This document shows, in pieces, positions 47,892 to 60,800 of a stretch of DNA of 64,000 bases; the first letter of the stretch is position 1; the number at the start of each line of letters is the position of its first letter. The notes under the pieces are model-generated. The model made no database searches, was not told where the DNA came from, and saw only the letters and a list, made by a program, of their open reading frames with translations. A program made the position numbers and the translations under genes. The stretch is from Cyanophora paradoxa CCMP329 (taxonomy: Eukaryota; Plantae; Glaucophyta), in contig QPMI01000288.1 in assembly GCA_004431415.1 (NCBI GenBank), positions 1 to 64,000 of the forward strand. Reading direction: 5' to 3'.

Positions 47892-50005
47892 TCAACGGTT
47901 CGACGTCGACTGCTGTTCAGAGCTCGGGGCGGTTGGGGGCCGAGGGAGCGGGTCGGAGGCCCCCAGGGGGACGCGCCAGGAGGGCGCGCGGGGCGAGGCT
48001 GCACGCCAGCATCACTGGGCTGCCGGCGGGGGCCACTCCGGGCGTCAGCAAAGCGCGTCGGCGCCCTCAACTCCGATATCGAATTTAATATTCGAGCTTC
48101 GGGCTTCGGGCTTCAGCGGTTGCGCGACAAGGTTGACTCGAGCCTGGAGCTCGTGCACGCGCCTTATGTCTGCGTCGCGGAGGAGCACGGCGTCCTTTGC
48201 CAGCCAGAAGCCGTGCAGCTCCTCCTGTACACGTCGTTGATCATGACATAAAATTCAAAACGCGCCCGCGGATCGGCGATATCGATCAAGCGCCAAGGTC
48301 GCGATCGATATCGATAGATGAATTTCACACCACGCGGGTCCGCCAGGCCTCGCCGGCGGCGGAAGGGTTCGCTTGCGCCCCGATTGTCGTCCCGAACTCG
48401 CCTTCGAATCCCGGTCCGATGTCGATCAATCGCGAAGTCAATATTTTCAGAGCTCGAGCAAAATCCAATGCAAGCGAAAATTAGCTTCAAAGAAATCTCA
48501 TTGCGCGCTCACGGAAGGCGAGGCGGCGGCCGGGGGAGCCCTGAAAAACTCCCACGTTCCAGGCGAGCTCTGCCCGCGGAAGCAACGATTGCAATAAGAA
48601 GTCTCCATTATTAAATTAAATTTGATCGAGGCGACTCGATCCGTCTCTCACCGAGGGAGGAGGCGGCCGAGGAGGCGAGGGAGCGCGCCCAGGGCTCGTC
48701 CGGGTAAAAATGCGCCAGCCTGCTGATCATGAGCCCGAGGAGCTCATGATCATGATCGCATCTGAATCTAAATAGCTAGATATGACCCCCGGGTCCCTAG
48801 CCCAAGGCCTTGGCGTAGAGCCGCGGAGCCGCGAGCCGAATGCATTAACTCTGGAATCAATGTTGGCGGGCACCAGAGGCTCTCGCCGAGGTCGAGGGGG
48901 TCGAGGCTCGAGCGCCCCCGCGCCCGCTGCGCCTTGGCCGCCACCGCGCGCTGCATCGCCGCCACCTGCGCCCCCAACACCTGCGTCCGACGGTCGACGT
49001 CGTGCAGCGCGTGGCCAGCGTCGGTGGGGTGATCGATAGCTGTAGGGGCCTGCGCTGGCAATGCAGCTGCTGATGCTGCACGTGAGCTTAAGCTTCGAGG
49101 CTCACATCCCTTTCGCCTGATGCTTCGCGGAGTGACCGGTAGATCACCAGGCTGCGTCCGAAAATTCGATACCGATTCGCGATACAGTTACTTTTCAAGC
49201 TGCGCGTGCGGAAAGAAGATTTTCACCAGTCGAATGGATCTAGATTGCCCTCGGAGCGAACTTCTGGCCGCTTCAAGTCGATGTCCATTCTGCCGGGGCC
49301 CCGCGCGCGGGCCCGTTGGGGGACGTCGAATGAATTTTGAAGCAAAAGGAATTGAACGCCACTTCCAGAACGTGCGAGGCAGATCAGGAGAGGAGCGATG
49401 GTCAAGAAATCCCGCGTGCGATGCCTGCGTTTTTGGTGGGATTAATTATATAGAAGACAGATCGATCACTTAAGATTTGGAGGCATGCCTTCGCGAGGTC
49501 GATCGCCATGCTCAAATACCGCTTCTCTCCGAATACCTCGCTCATTCTCAGTAAGGCCAGGCACCACTGCGATCCGGGAAATTCAATGTAACGCGGCGTC
49601 GGGAATCGTATTTAATTTCGCCGACGAATTTCGCGCCTTCGTGTTGTAGTGCAAATATTGTCCGTCGCCGTCCTCGGTGCCGGGTGGGTCCTCCTTGCCA
49701 ATCCGGAGCCCCGCGAGCGTCGGGCGCTCCACCGTCGCCTGCCCTAGGCGGTGCGCGCCGTCGCGCGAGCGCCCGAGGACGTCGTGGACCTCGCGAACGA
49801 TCGCGGCCGCGCGCTCGAGGTACGCCGCCTCCCCCGTCGCGTCCCAGAGGCTGAGGTGAGCAAGCACTCCATGCGCGTCGGTCCAGAGGTACCGCCCGCC
49901 TCCCGTGTTCGCGAAGGGCGCCGGCTTCCACCCGCCGCTCGCGCCCTTCCCGTACGCGCGCTCCAGCAGCGCGGCCGCCGCCGCAAGCTTTTCTTTCTCA
50001 CGCAT
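47892..50005 (-). CDS. Conserved uncharacterised protein of the RYLWTDA/GLRIGK/DGQY.HY family, about 11 exons
   Basis: Spliced: GRYLWTDAHGV...VHDVLGRSRDG...GLRIGKE...DGDGQYLHYNTKWCLAL...FWKMDIDLKRPEVRSEGNLDPFD...DPLDLGESLW...RRLAFREFG...DISPVMLACSLAP. All junctions are GT/GC..AG and in frame. Confidence 0.85.
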
Positions 50006-50497
50006 GCTCAATTTCTGATCGCCACGGCGTTGCCGGGCGCCAGCTCCGATCCTCTCCTCAATTAAGCTTCCTAGGCCTCGAGCTGTCGTTGCATATCCCC
50101 CCAGCCCACTAGCTATAGCTCCCGGCGCTTGAGGCCGAAGCTTGAAGTCGGCTCTTGAGGCTGAAGCTTGAAGCTTGGACGTCGACGTCGACTGGAGAAT
50201 TCTAATTCCAATTCACTCCGCGAATTAAGGCAAGACAACAAATCATTCACTCTAATGGGAAAGCTCAAATAATTAAATAGGAAAGACAACAAGTTAAAAT
50301 CTATACAGACTGAGAATTGCAATCTATGTACACTCAAGATCCAGATCTCCGGCCCGAAAGCTACACTCCAGCGCTAGCGAGTGGACATGGTCTCGTTAAT
50401 TTAAACGTTCCGCAAAAACTAGTTTTGGATATGTAACACTCAATGATATAGCTAGCCGCTTGTGAACATCGATATCACGTACCACGATCAAATGCAC

Positions 50498-53400
50498 TCA
50501 ATGATTCAGGGCATGCCCCGCTCTGGACAAACCCTCGCTGGCCCCCTCGCTCCCTTCGCCCCCGTCTCCTTCGTCGTTATTGTCAAGCGGGCCCATGAGA
50601 AGCGCCGAGAGGACCTGCGGGGGTACGTGGGAGCTGGGAGGCGGGAGCGGGCGGGCCGGGGTAAAGGCGACCATGCGGGAGGCCAGCCGCCGCGCGTCGT
50701 CGTCCCTCCCCGCCGCCTTGTACGCCCCCTGCGCCCCCGCCGCCCCCCGCCGGCTCGAGAGGAAAGGCGAGGGGCGGGCGGGGAGGAGCGGGGGGAGCGG
50801 GGGGCGCGCGAGGAGCTCCTTGGCAACCTCGCTGGCGACGCTGCCCCGCCCGAGCCCCGCCGCCTCCAGGCCCCGCAGCGCCCCCTCCAGGAGCCCCGCC
50901 CCGCTCCCCCGCTGCCCCGCCCCCTCAGCGCGGGGCCGCGTCGCTGAGCTCGCCCGGGGTCGGCGCGCCTGGAGGATCTGTGCGAGGTTGACGCGCACGG
51001 CGGCGGCCGCCTCGGGCTTGCCCCGCCCCTGCCCCGCCTGCCCCGAGACGCCAGCGTGAGAGGCCCCTCCTCGAGCTCGCCTCTCGGGGGCGCGAGGGGC
51101 GGCGCAGGGTGCCTCGAAGGCGGCGGCGGCGCCGGCGGCGGCCTCGGCGGCCTCCTCGTGGCGCCTCATCTCCGCCAGGACCTCCACGAGCTCCACCCAG
51201 AGGGGGAAGAGCTGCCCCCGCCTCAGCCCCCGCCTCGCCTCGCCTTGCCCGGCGCCTGCGCGTGGGCCGGCGCCACCTGCTCGTCGTGGAGGCCCCGGCC
51301 GGCCCCCTCCCGCTCCCACAGCCCGCGCTGCCGGCTGGTCTCGCTGCGCGGCGCACGGCGGGGCGGGGCGGGGCCGCGCCGGGCGGGCGGGCGCACGCGG
51401 TAGAGGGCCTCGGCGCGGTCGGGCCGCCCCGCCGCCCGCTGCAGCTGCCCCGCCTGCCCCCCGCCCTCAGCGTCGGCGCCCCCTCGGCCATGGCGCGGGG
51501 CGGGGGGCGGGCCTTGAGGGCGAGGGCGGAGCGGAGGGGGTGCCCGGGCGCCAGCGCCGCCTCGAAGATCGCCCCCGCCCGCTGCGCCCCGCGCCCCCGC
51601 GCGTCGGCCCTCGAAGCCGGCAGGGCAGGCGTGTGTGCGTCTGCCCCTCGACTTTCTGCTCTAACGGCCGGAGCCGCAGCGGACGGGCCCCGCCGGGGCG
51701 GACCTGGTAGAGCTCCTCCGCCTCCTCGAGCCGCCCCTGCGCCCGCCTGCCGCCCCGCCCGCCCCGCCCTCCCCCAATCAGGCGGAGGCCGCGGCAGAGC
51801 CGAGCGGGGTTCGACGCGGGGTCCGGCGCGCAGCAGAGGGCGCTGCTCGAGGATGCGGGGGAGGGAGGGCAAGGGGCGGGGCGGGCACCGCAGGTCGGCG
51901 AGGTGCTGCAGCTCGCCCCCCGTGCGCCAGTGCCGCGGCCCCTGCGCCGCCTCCCGCGCCGCCGCCGCCCGCTGGGAGGAGGATGAGGGGCGGGGGAGGG
52001 ACAGAGGGCCTTCTAGTGCGCTCGGGGGCTGTCTGGGCGGGGCGGGGCGGACGAGGAGCAGGGGCTCTGCCTCCTCGAGGCGCCCGAGCTCGACGAGGAG
52101 GTTGCCGAGGATGGCGAGCTGGCCGGCCGCCGCCTCCCCCGCCGGCCCCAGCGCCCCCTCCACGATCCCCAGCGCCCGTCGCATCACCCCCTCCGCCTCC
52201 TCCGCCCGCCCCCGCCGCTGCCCGGCCGCCTCAGGGGCCAGGACGCGGACAGAGAGGAGCGGAGACGAGAGGCCTGGTAGAGGAGGCCGAGGGCGGCGTA
52301 GGCCTGGGCGAGGCGCGGGTGGGCGGGCCCCAGCGCGCCCTCGTCCACCCCCAGCGCTTGCTGCCGCGCTGCGTCAGGGGGGGAGGGGGAGAGGCGGGGG
52401 GGCGGGGCACGAGGAAGAGCTCCTCGGCCTCGTCGAGGCGGTGCTGCCGCTGCAGCTGCCGGCGGCGTCAGCGCCCCCGCCGGCCCGGGCGCGGGGCCGG
52501 CGCGCGGCCGGGGGGCGGACGTGGAGGCCGAGGTTGCGGGCGGACTGGGAGACGGCGGGGTGCTCCACCCCGTACGCCTCCTCCCGCAGCGCCAGCGCCT
52601 CCTGCGCCCCCGCCCCTTCAGCCGCCCACGGCCGAGGCGCGTGCAGGCGGGGCGGGGGCGGGGGCGGGGGTACCCGGTAGGCGGCCTCGGCGTCGGGGTA
52701 GCGGCCCTCGGCGAGGCCACGTTCGCCGCCGCGTTCAGCACCGTCGCCATCTGCCCCTCGCGTCAGAGGCGGCCGCACGCCGGCGACGGGGCGCGGGGCG
52801 GGGCGGGCCTCGGGTGGCGCGGCCCGTGCGCGCTCTCCGTGATCCGCCTGCACCGCTCCAGATACCTACCCCGCCCCGCCCCGTCGGCCCTGCCGGCCAC
52901 TGCACCGCCGCGCCCTCGGGCGTGCGCGGGCACCGGCCGGCCTCCTGGAAGCGGCCCTGCTCGAGGGCGGCGGTGGAGAGGAGCAGGAGCAGCGGCTGCA
53001 GCGCCGGGTCCGAGCCGCCCCGCGCCGCCTCCGCCGCGGCGAGGGCCCGCCCCAGGACCGCCTCCGCCTCCCGTGCCGCCCCTGCGCCAGCAGGCCCTGC
53101 GCGGCCCCCGCGCTCAGACGGGGCGCTTAGAGGGCGGGGATCGCGCGCCTTGGCGATGTCGCCGAGACAGCGGGCGGCGGCGGGGCTCGCAGCGCCCCCC
53201 AGCCGCTCCTCCATCTCCAGCGCCCGCTGCGCTAGACTCAGACGAGGGGCGGGGCGGGACGGGCGGGGCGGTGCGGGGTGCCTGGAGGGCGGCGAGGGAG
53301 CGGGGGTACTCGCCGCGGTCGTACAGCGCCGCGGCGAGCTGCTCGAGGGCCTGCGCGGGGGTGCTCGGCCGGCAGCTCGCGGTCGGCGCCTCCGGGGCGC

Positions 53401-56400
53401 GGGGCGGGGCAAGCCTCGGGGAGGTCGCGGGGGGCGCCGCCGCCGCGGCCGCCTCCGCCTCGCGCATCGCCGCCGCCCTCTCCAGCACCACCACCGCCGG
53501 CCCGCTCTCCCCTGCCCCCGGGCCCCCTCAGAGCAAGCGGGGGCCGGGGGCGCGGGGAGGGGCGCGGGGGCGGGCCGAGGGCGCGGAGGGCGCGGCCGGC
53601 GCAGGCGAGGTCCGCCGCGAGGCTCCCCGGCTCGGAGCCGCGCAGCGCCGCCTCGATGCGCCCCGCCGCCTCCCCCTGCCCCCGCCGACGAGCTCAGCGG
53701 GGCGGCCAGGGCGGGGCAAGACAGAGCGAAACGGAGGCGCCTTGCGGAAGGTGGCGGCCCAGTAGTGGGCGAGCTCGGGGGCGGCGCGCTCGCGCGAGAG
53801 GCGCGGCAGCACGTCGAGCTCGGAGAGCAGCTGCGGGGCCCCCCGTGGGCGGGCGGGGCCGGCGCACGGGGACGAGGGCGTCGCGCTCCCCGGCCCCCTC
53901 CAGCTGCCACGCGCACTCCTCCGCCCCCCGCTCCCAGGGCCCCTCCCGCAGCGCTCACCCGAGGCTCGGCCCAAGCCGGGGGCGGGGGCCGGGCGGGCCT
54001 GTGCGGCGAAGAAGGCGCCGAGGCGGGCGTGGACGCGGCGGCGCGCCTCGGGCTCGCCCAGCCCGAACGCAGCCTCCACCGCCTGCGACGCGGGCCCCGG
54101 GTGAGGGAAAGGGGCAGCAGAGGGGGGCGAGGGCCCCGGGCACCTCGGCGGCGGCGCGGTGGAAGAAGCCGAGGAGCCCGTCTGGCACGGGGCGCACGGT
54201 CGGAGGCGCAGCGGGCGGGGCCGGTGGCGCCGGCGGCGGCGCACTGCGGTCGACGAGGACGGAGGAGGCGGCGGCACAGAACTCGGCCCAGAGGAGCGGC
54301 GAAGCGCCGCCGGCCCCAACCCCCTGCCGCCCCCGTCGGCGCACGGGGCGGAGTGGTGCGGGAGATCGCCTCCTAGACGCGGGGGCGGCGCGCGGCGTGC
54401 GGGGCGACGGGGGCCGCACGAGGAGCAGCTGGAGCTCGGCGTCGGCGAGGCCGTGGCGGGCGCAGGCGACCGCCTCCAGCGCCGGCCGAACGAGACCCTC
54501 CCCGTACAGCCGCACCCACCGCCCAATCTGCGCCCCCGTGCCGGCGGCGGCGAGTGAGGCGGCGCTCTGGGGCCGAGCCGCGCCCGTGCTAGGCGCGCAC
54601 GACGAAACGGAAGAGGGCGACGGGGTCGGCGTAGGCGAGGCACTCCCCGATGCGCTCGTCCAGCGTGTCGTGGACGGCTGCGAGGGAGGGCGCTCAGCGC
54701 TCGCGCGGCGCCGGGGCGGGGCGCCGGGGCGCGCCGGACTCGCGGAGCTGCTCGAGGAGGACGACGAGGAAGAGCGCGTTCGCCGTCTGCGGGGCCGCCA
54801 GCAGCCGCGCCACCTGCCGCCCCGCGCAGCCCCTCGGTGGCTGCGCCCCGGGCGGGGCGGGAAGCTTGAGGGGCGACCTGGGGCTCGGCGAGGGCCTTGC
54901 TGGCTGCGCGGAGGTGCCCCGCGATGAGCGCCCGCCGGCGCGCCGCATCGAGCCCCCCCACAGCGCGCTCCACGTGCGCCCTGCCCCGGGTGCCCCCTCA
55001 GCGCCGGCGGCGGCAAGGCGGGGCGAGGGCGCCGGCGGGCAGGGCGGGCCTGCGGAGGGCGTAGTCGCGGGCCTCGCCGGGGGCGCACGAGAGGAGGAGC
55101 CGCAGGCGGGGCGCGGCGGCGTGGGGGAGCCAGGGAGACGCTGGAGCCGGTTGAGGGGCGGCGGGCGGGCGGGGCGGCGGGGGCGGGCTCGCCTGGGCGC
55201 CGGCGTCGGCGAGCAGCTGGTCCACCGCGTCCACCACCACCACCTGCGCCCCCGTCAGCTGGCGCTGCGGGCCCGGCGGGGCGGGCGGGCGGGGCGGGCC
55301 AGGCGGCGGGCAGCGCGGCAGCGCGAGCGGCGAGCCACTCGGCGAACGCGTGCATCGCCTCCGCCTGCGACGAGCGGAGTGAGAGAAAGGGGGCGCAGGG
55401 GGAGGCGGGCCGGCGCACCTCGTCGCCCGCGGGGTCGGGGGCCTCCAGCCCGGGCTGCGGGGCGTGAGGGAGGGAGGGGTGAAGCGGAGGGCGGGGGCGG
55501 GGCTCGCCAGGAGAGCCTGCAGCTCCTCCACGAGGCGCCGCATCAGGCCCCCCGCCCGCGCGCTCCCCGCGCTCCCTGGCCCGCCGTCAGAGGCCGCAGC
55601 GCGTGGCACGGGACACGTGTCGACGCGTACCCCCGACGTAGTGGGCGACGGGGGCGTCGGAGGGGTGCGCCGCGCGCCACGCGGCCGACCAGTTCGCCAG
55701 CAGCGCTGCGGGGTCGAAGGCGTGACGCCCGGGGCGAGGTGGAGGGCGGCCGGGGGCGGCCGCCCCGCGCAGCGCACGCACCGCTCTTGCCGCAGCCCGA
55801 GGGCCCGGTGACGAGCAGCAGCTCGGGGCCTGCCGCGCCCGCGCTGAGAAAGGGCGCTGGCCGGGTGCCGCCGGACCTCGCCCTCCGCCCAAGAGCGCAC
55901 CGGCGGCGGCGGCGTACGCGTCCAGCGCCTCAAAGTCGCCTGCGCGGCATCAGAGGGGAGCCGCGCGCCCGGGGGGGCGGGCGGGCCCGGGGCGGGGAGG
56001 TAGAGGCGGCGGCGGGCGGCGGCGAAGGCGGCGTGGGCGGCGCGCTCCTCCTCGAGCCAGGGGCGCGGCCCCGCGTCGGGGTAGTCCCGCGCAACCAGCT
56101 GCGCCCGGGGGTCGGGCAAGCGCTGCAGGGAAGAGGAAGAATGCGCGGGGGGCACGGCGAGGAGGTCGTCGTGGATGCGGGCGGCGAGGGCCTCCGCGGA
56201 CGGGTACGGCGGGCCCAGGGGTAGCCCCGAGGACCGGATCCGCTCCTGCGCGCGGGCCCGTCAGGGACGGAGGGGATCGGCATCGGCGGGGGTACATGCG
56301 CGCCTTGAGGGCAGCAAGACAGCGAGCCGCGTGGGGCCCCTCCTGCCCCGCGTCCGTCCCTGCCAGAGCCTCGCTGGGGGTAACAGTGAGCGGCATCGGG

Positions 56401-57616
56401 GTACAGGGGCCGGGGCAGTCGCCTCGAGAAGTAGAAGAGGGAAGTCTCGCGCCGCAGGTTGGGGGAGCCCTGGCGCGCGTACCCCGCTGAGATGGCGGGG
56501 AGGGGGGTACAGGGGCGCGTGCACGTCGGCGTTGACGAAGGCGCCGAGTAGGATCTCGTGCTCGGTCACGCTGGGCGGGGATCAGGGGCGGCCCGGCGCG
56601 CGGGACCGGGGGTACGCGGGCCTCCTGTCCGCGTACTGGAGGAGGAAGGGGAAGCCGGGCGCCGCCCGCTCGATCGTCCTGCGCCCCCCGGGGTTCGACC
56701 GGGGGGGGGGGGGGGGGGGGGGGTCGTCGGGCCGGGGTACCGCTTCAGAAGAGGGTCCTCGGGGGCGCCGGGGGCCTGGTGCCACCTGCGCGCGGTCGGT
56801 CGGCGGGGGCGGGGCGGGCGGGCGCCGGAGGGCCGCGCGCCCGTATCGGCCCTTCAGGAAGGCTGCGGGGGAGCAGTGAGCTGAGAGACGAAGAGAAAGA
56901 GAAGGGGCCGGCGTACCCACGAAATATGTGGAACGCTGGACTTCTTCCAGGCAGATCCGCACAACCTAAAGGGCGGGGGGGGCGGCGTCGGATCGGGATG
57001 GGGGTGGGCGCGCGGCGGGCGGGCAGGCGGGGGGGATGGGCGGACCTCGCCGCCGGCAGCCTCGGCGCCGGTGATGCCCCAGCGGAGGTCGACGGGGCAG
57101 AAGAAGAGGGCGCGGGCGGCGAGCGCGCGGCGCAGGCGGGGCACGGCCGAGCGGAAGAGCGCCTCCCGCTCGGGCGCCATGTCCTTGAAGCTGCCCGCGC
57201 GGAGCGCTTGAGCGAGAGATCTCGAGGAGAGCTCCTTGAGGAGGGATCTCGAGGGGCCCGCGCGTCCGTCTCACGCACGTCGATGAGAGGAAGACGCGGA
57301 CGACTCGCTCCCGCAGCTCGCCCGCGCGCCCCGTCGCCGCCGCAGCCGCCGTCGCCGCCTCTGCCGCGTATACGTACGCGGCTGCGGGCGTCTTCTTGCC
57401 GGGCCCATCTCCGGCGGGCCCCTGAGCCCCAGCCAGATCTAGAACGCCCAGCGCCGGCTTTACGCCCGTGCTGCCGGCGCCCTTGCCGGCCACGCAAGAC
57501 GTTGAAGGATTCGCTGTCCCAGCACAGGGCACGACGACATCCACGTACGCCTCCGACGGCGCGCGCCCGCGCTTCACGCCGAGTGCAGCGGTTCGCTTGG
57601 AGTGTCTGCAGCCCAT
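50498..57616 (-). CDS. DUF4062 + P-loop (STAND-type) NTPase + TPR repeat protein, nephrocystin-3-like architecture
   Basis: MGCRHS N-terminus; VRVFLSSTFKDM..ER, VDLRWGIT, ICLEEV, SVTEHEI (DUF4062); VTGPSGCGKS (Walker A); VVVVDAVDQL (Walker B); kinesin-light-chain-type TPRs such as ALALREEAYGVEHPAVSQSARNLGL. Confidence 0.88.
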
Positions 57617-57898
57617 GGCGCCGCGTGACGCCGGTGGATGCTTCTTTTTGTCTGCACCTCTGACTTCAGCAAATGCTTGCTTCTTTCTATCTACAGCACA
57701 GCACAGCAGGGGTCAAATCCTCCGATCGACGCAGCGCAGGCAGCGGCGTATAGCGGGCCTGTTTCAGAAAAAAATGACGAGGGGACGAGGCTGGCCCGGG
57801 TACACAGTCACCAAGCCAGCTCGCTCCGTCGAACCCCACGCGGACGTCGCGTCATTCGTCCTTAAGGACTGCGTGTCAAAGTCGAAGCCTCCGCAGCA

Positions 57899-60800
57899 AT
57901 GTCGCTCCGAACATTGGGAGGGGGAGGCGCGACGCGTGAGTGCAGGCCTAGACTCTCCCGTCATTGCAACGTACTGCGCCGCTCTGACGCATCTCTCTCG
58001 TTCGGCAGCGAGCTCCCCGGCGGCGCCTGCTGCGCCCGCCGCTCCCCAGCGTAACTCCGCCTTCTTCTGCCAATGCTGCCAGGGTAAGCCAGCCCCCTTT
58101 CGCGCTGGCTTTGACCCAGCGCTCATGCGTTCGCCCGCAGTCTCGTCCGGCTCCCAGGTCGCTCCCGCCAATCGCGAACGTCCCCGGGGCGGTCCCCCCT
58201 GAACGCCTACATGCGCAGGTCGATTTCGACGCTCACCTTGCTGGCAAGAAGCACCAGAGTCGCGCGGCTCGCGCCGCCGGCGGAGGCGCCCCCGCTCCCC
58301 AGCAGGCCGCGGCGCAGCCGGCGTTCCAGGCGGCCGACGGCCCCGCTGCCGGTAACGGGCAGCGCGGTGGTCGCGGCCGTCGCGGCGGCGGCGCGGCCGG
58401 TGCGGGTGGCGCCGGCGGCCGGCCGGGCTCCGGTCAGCCCCGCCCCCAGTCGGCCCAGCAGCCGCAGCAGGCGCAGCCCCAGTCTCAGCGGGGGCAGCGC
58501 GCGCCGCGCGGCGGCGGCGCCGTCGCTCCGCAGGGCGCGGTCCCCGTGGGCGGGCTGCTCCCGACCCCGCGGAGGCGGCGGCGGCGGCGGCAGCGGCGGG
58601 CGGCGCCCCCGTCACGCGGCACCACACGCACGGCCACGGCGATGGCGGGCACCAGTGAGCCGCGCACCCCTCCCCGCCACGGATCCCGCGCTGAAGGGGC
58701 GGGCAGGTACGCCCACCCGGTGAACATCCACGCGGTGCGCCCCGCCTCGGCCTGTCTCCCGCGCAGCCCGCCCCGCGCCGCGCGGCCGCCCCGCCCACCG
58801 CCCTCGGCGGCGCAGGATGACTCGGTGAACGTGCACACGGCGTCGAAGCGGCCCTTCAGCTCGATGCCCCTCAGCCCCATCACCATCCAGGCCATGGAGA
58901 GCCCGCAGGGTGCCCCCGCCCCCGCCCCCGCCGTCTCGCCCCCGCCGACCCTCCCCCGCAGGATTCGGGTTCCACTTCATGACGGAGATCCAGTCGCTCT
59001 CGTACCCCCACCTGCTCGCCGGCAAGGACCTGCTCGCCCGCGCCAAGACCGGCTCCGGCAAGACCCTCGGTTCGAGCCCCGGCCGGCCCGCTCCGCCCCG
59101 CCCGACCGGCCGGCGGCGCAGCGTTCATGGTCCCCGTCGTCGAGGCGCTCATCCGGCGCCGCTCCTCGGGTCCGGCCGCGCCCCAACCACACCTTCTCCT
59201 TCCCCCGCCCTCGTCGAGAGCGTGTTTTGGCGGCAGGCATCGGGGCGCTGGTGCTGACGCCGACGCGCGAGCTGGCCCTCCAGATCGAGCAGCAGGTCAA
59301 GGTCCTGGTGCGCCGCACCCCCCGCCGGCCTCGAGAGTCCGCACACGTCTCATCCCCGCGCCCCGCAGCTCGCCTTTCACACGAACCTCTCCGTCTTCAC
59401 GGTCATGGGGGGCACCAACATGAACACCGAGGCCAACCGCCTCATGGGCCGCCAGGCGCGCGGCCTTCCCTCTTGTGCTCGCCACTGCCCTAACTTGGAG
59501 GGCGCCGCAGGGCCCGCCCTCGGTCCTCATCGCGACGCCGGGCCGCCTCCTCGACCACATCCAGGCGCGCCACCGCAGCCGCGAGCAGCAGCGGCGCTGC
59601 TGACTCGAGGCGGGGCAGAACACGCGGGGGTTCACGGAGGTGCTGACGCGGGAGCTGCGCGTGCTCGTCCTCGACGAGGCCGACCGCATGCTCGACCAGG
59701 GCTTCCAGCCCCAGGCCTGCCCCTCCCCGGCCCCCGCGCCCGCCCCTTCCCCCCTGAGGCCCCCTCTCCCCGCGCAGATGGAGAAGATCCTCGCCGTCCT
59801 CCCCCGCGGTCCGCCCCCGCCGGCCCCGCGCCCCGCCCCGCGGCGCGCCGAGGCGCCGGCCGCGGCGCAGAGGGCCGCCAGACGGCCCTCTTCTCCGCCA
59901 CCCTCCAGGTCCGCCCCCGCCCCCGCCCCCTCGTTTCCTCTTCTCCCGCCCTGAGGCCTTTCGTGCAGGGGTCCGTGCAGGGCATCAAGCACCTCTCGCT
60001 GCGGGCGGACCACGCCTTCGTCACCACCGTCCGCGAGGACGAGGACCTCACCAACGCCCGCTGCAAGCAGGCCCGCCCGCCCCCGCCCCGCCCCGCCCCG
60101 CCCCGGGCCCGCGCTCACGGGCGGGGGCGAGCAGGAGGTGGTGGTGGCCCCCGACTGGGCCTACTTCCACGTCGTCGCCCAGGTGCCCCCCGGCGGCAGG
60201 GAGAGGGGTCTAGCGGCCCCTTGCGCCCTCCCCCAGCGCCTCTGCGAGGGGTTACGGGTTCCCCAAGCCGGGGCTTGCCTAGAGGCCGCCGGGGGCTCGG
60301 GGAGGGCCGACGCGGGGCGGGGGCCAGATCCTGCTGGCGAACCGGCACTGCAAGGCGATCGCGTTCTTCCAGACGGCGCGGCTCGTCGACTTCGCCGAGA
60401 TCGTCCTCAAGCGCCTCGGCGTCCCCGTCATCAAGCTCACCGTCCGCCCCCGCCCCGCCCCGCCGCCCACCGCCCCGCCCGCCGCCCCTGAGGCCCGCGG
60501 CCGCCGCAGGGCCGCATGTCCCAGACGAGCCGCACCAAGACCTTCTTCTCCTTCTGCGACGCCCCGGGCAGGCGAGCCGCCCACGCCGCCCCCGCCCCCG
60601 CCCCCTCGTCATCGCTGACCGGGGCGCGGGGGCAGCGCGGGCGGGGGCGCCGGGGGCGTGATGGTGTGCACGGACGTGGCGGCCCGCGGCCTCGACATCC
60701 CCGACGTCGAGGCGCCCCTCCCCGCTCCCCCCGCCCTCCCCCCCCCCCTTCCCTCCCTCCCCTCCCCTCCCCTTCCCCATTCCCCTCGCTGAGGCCGGCG

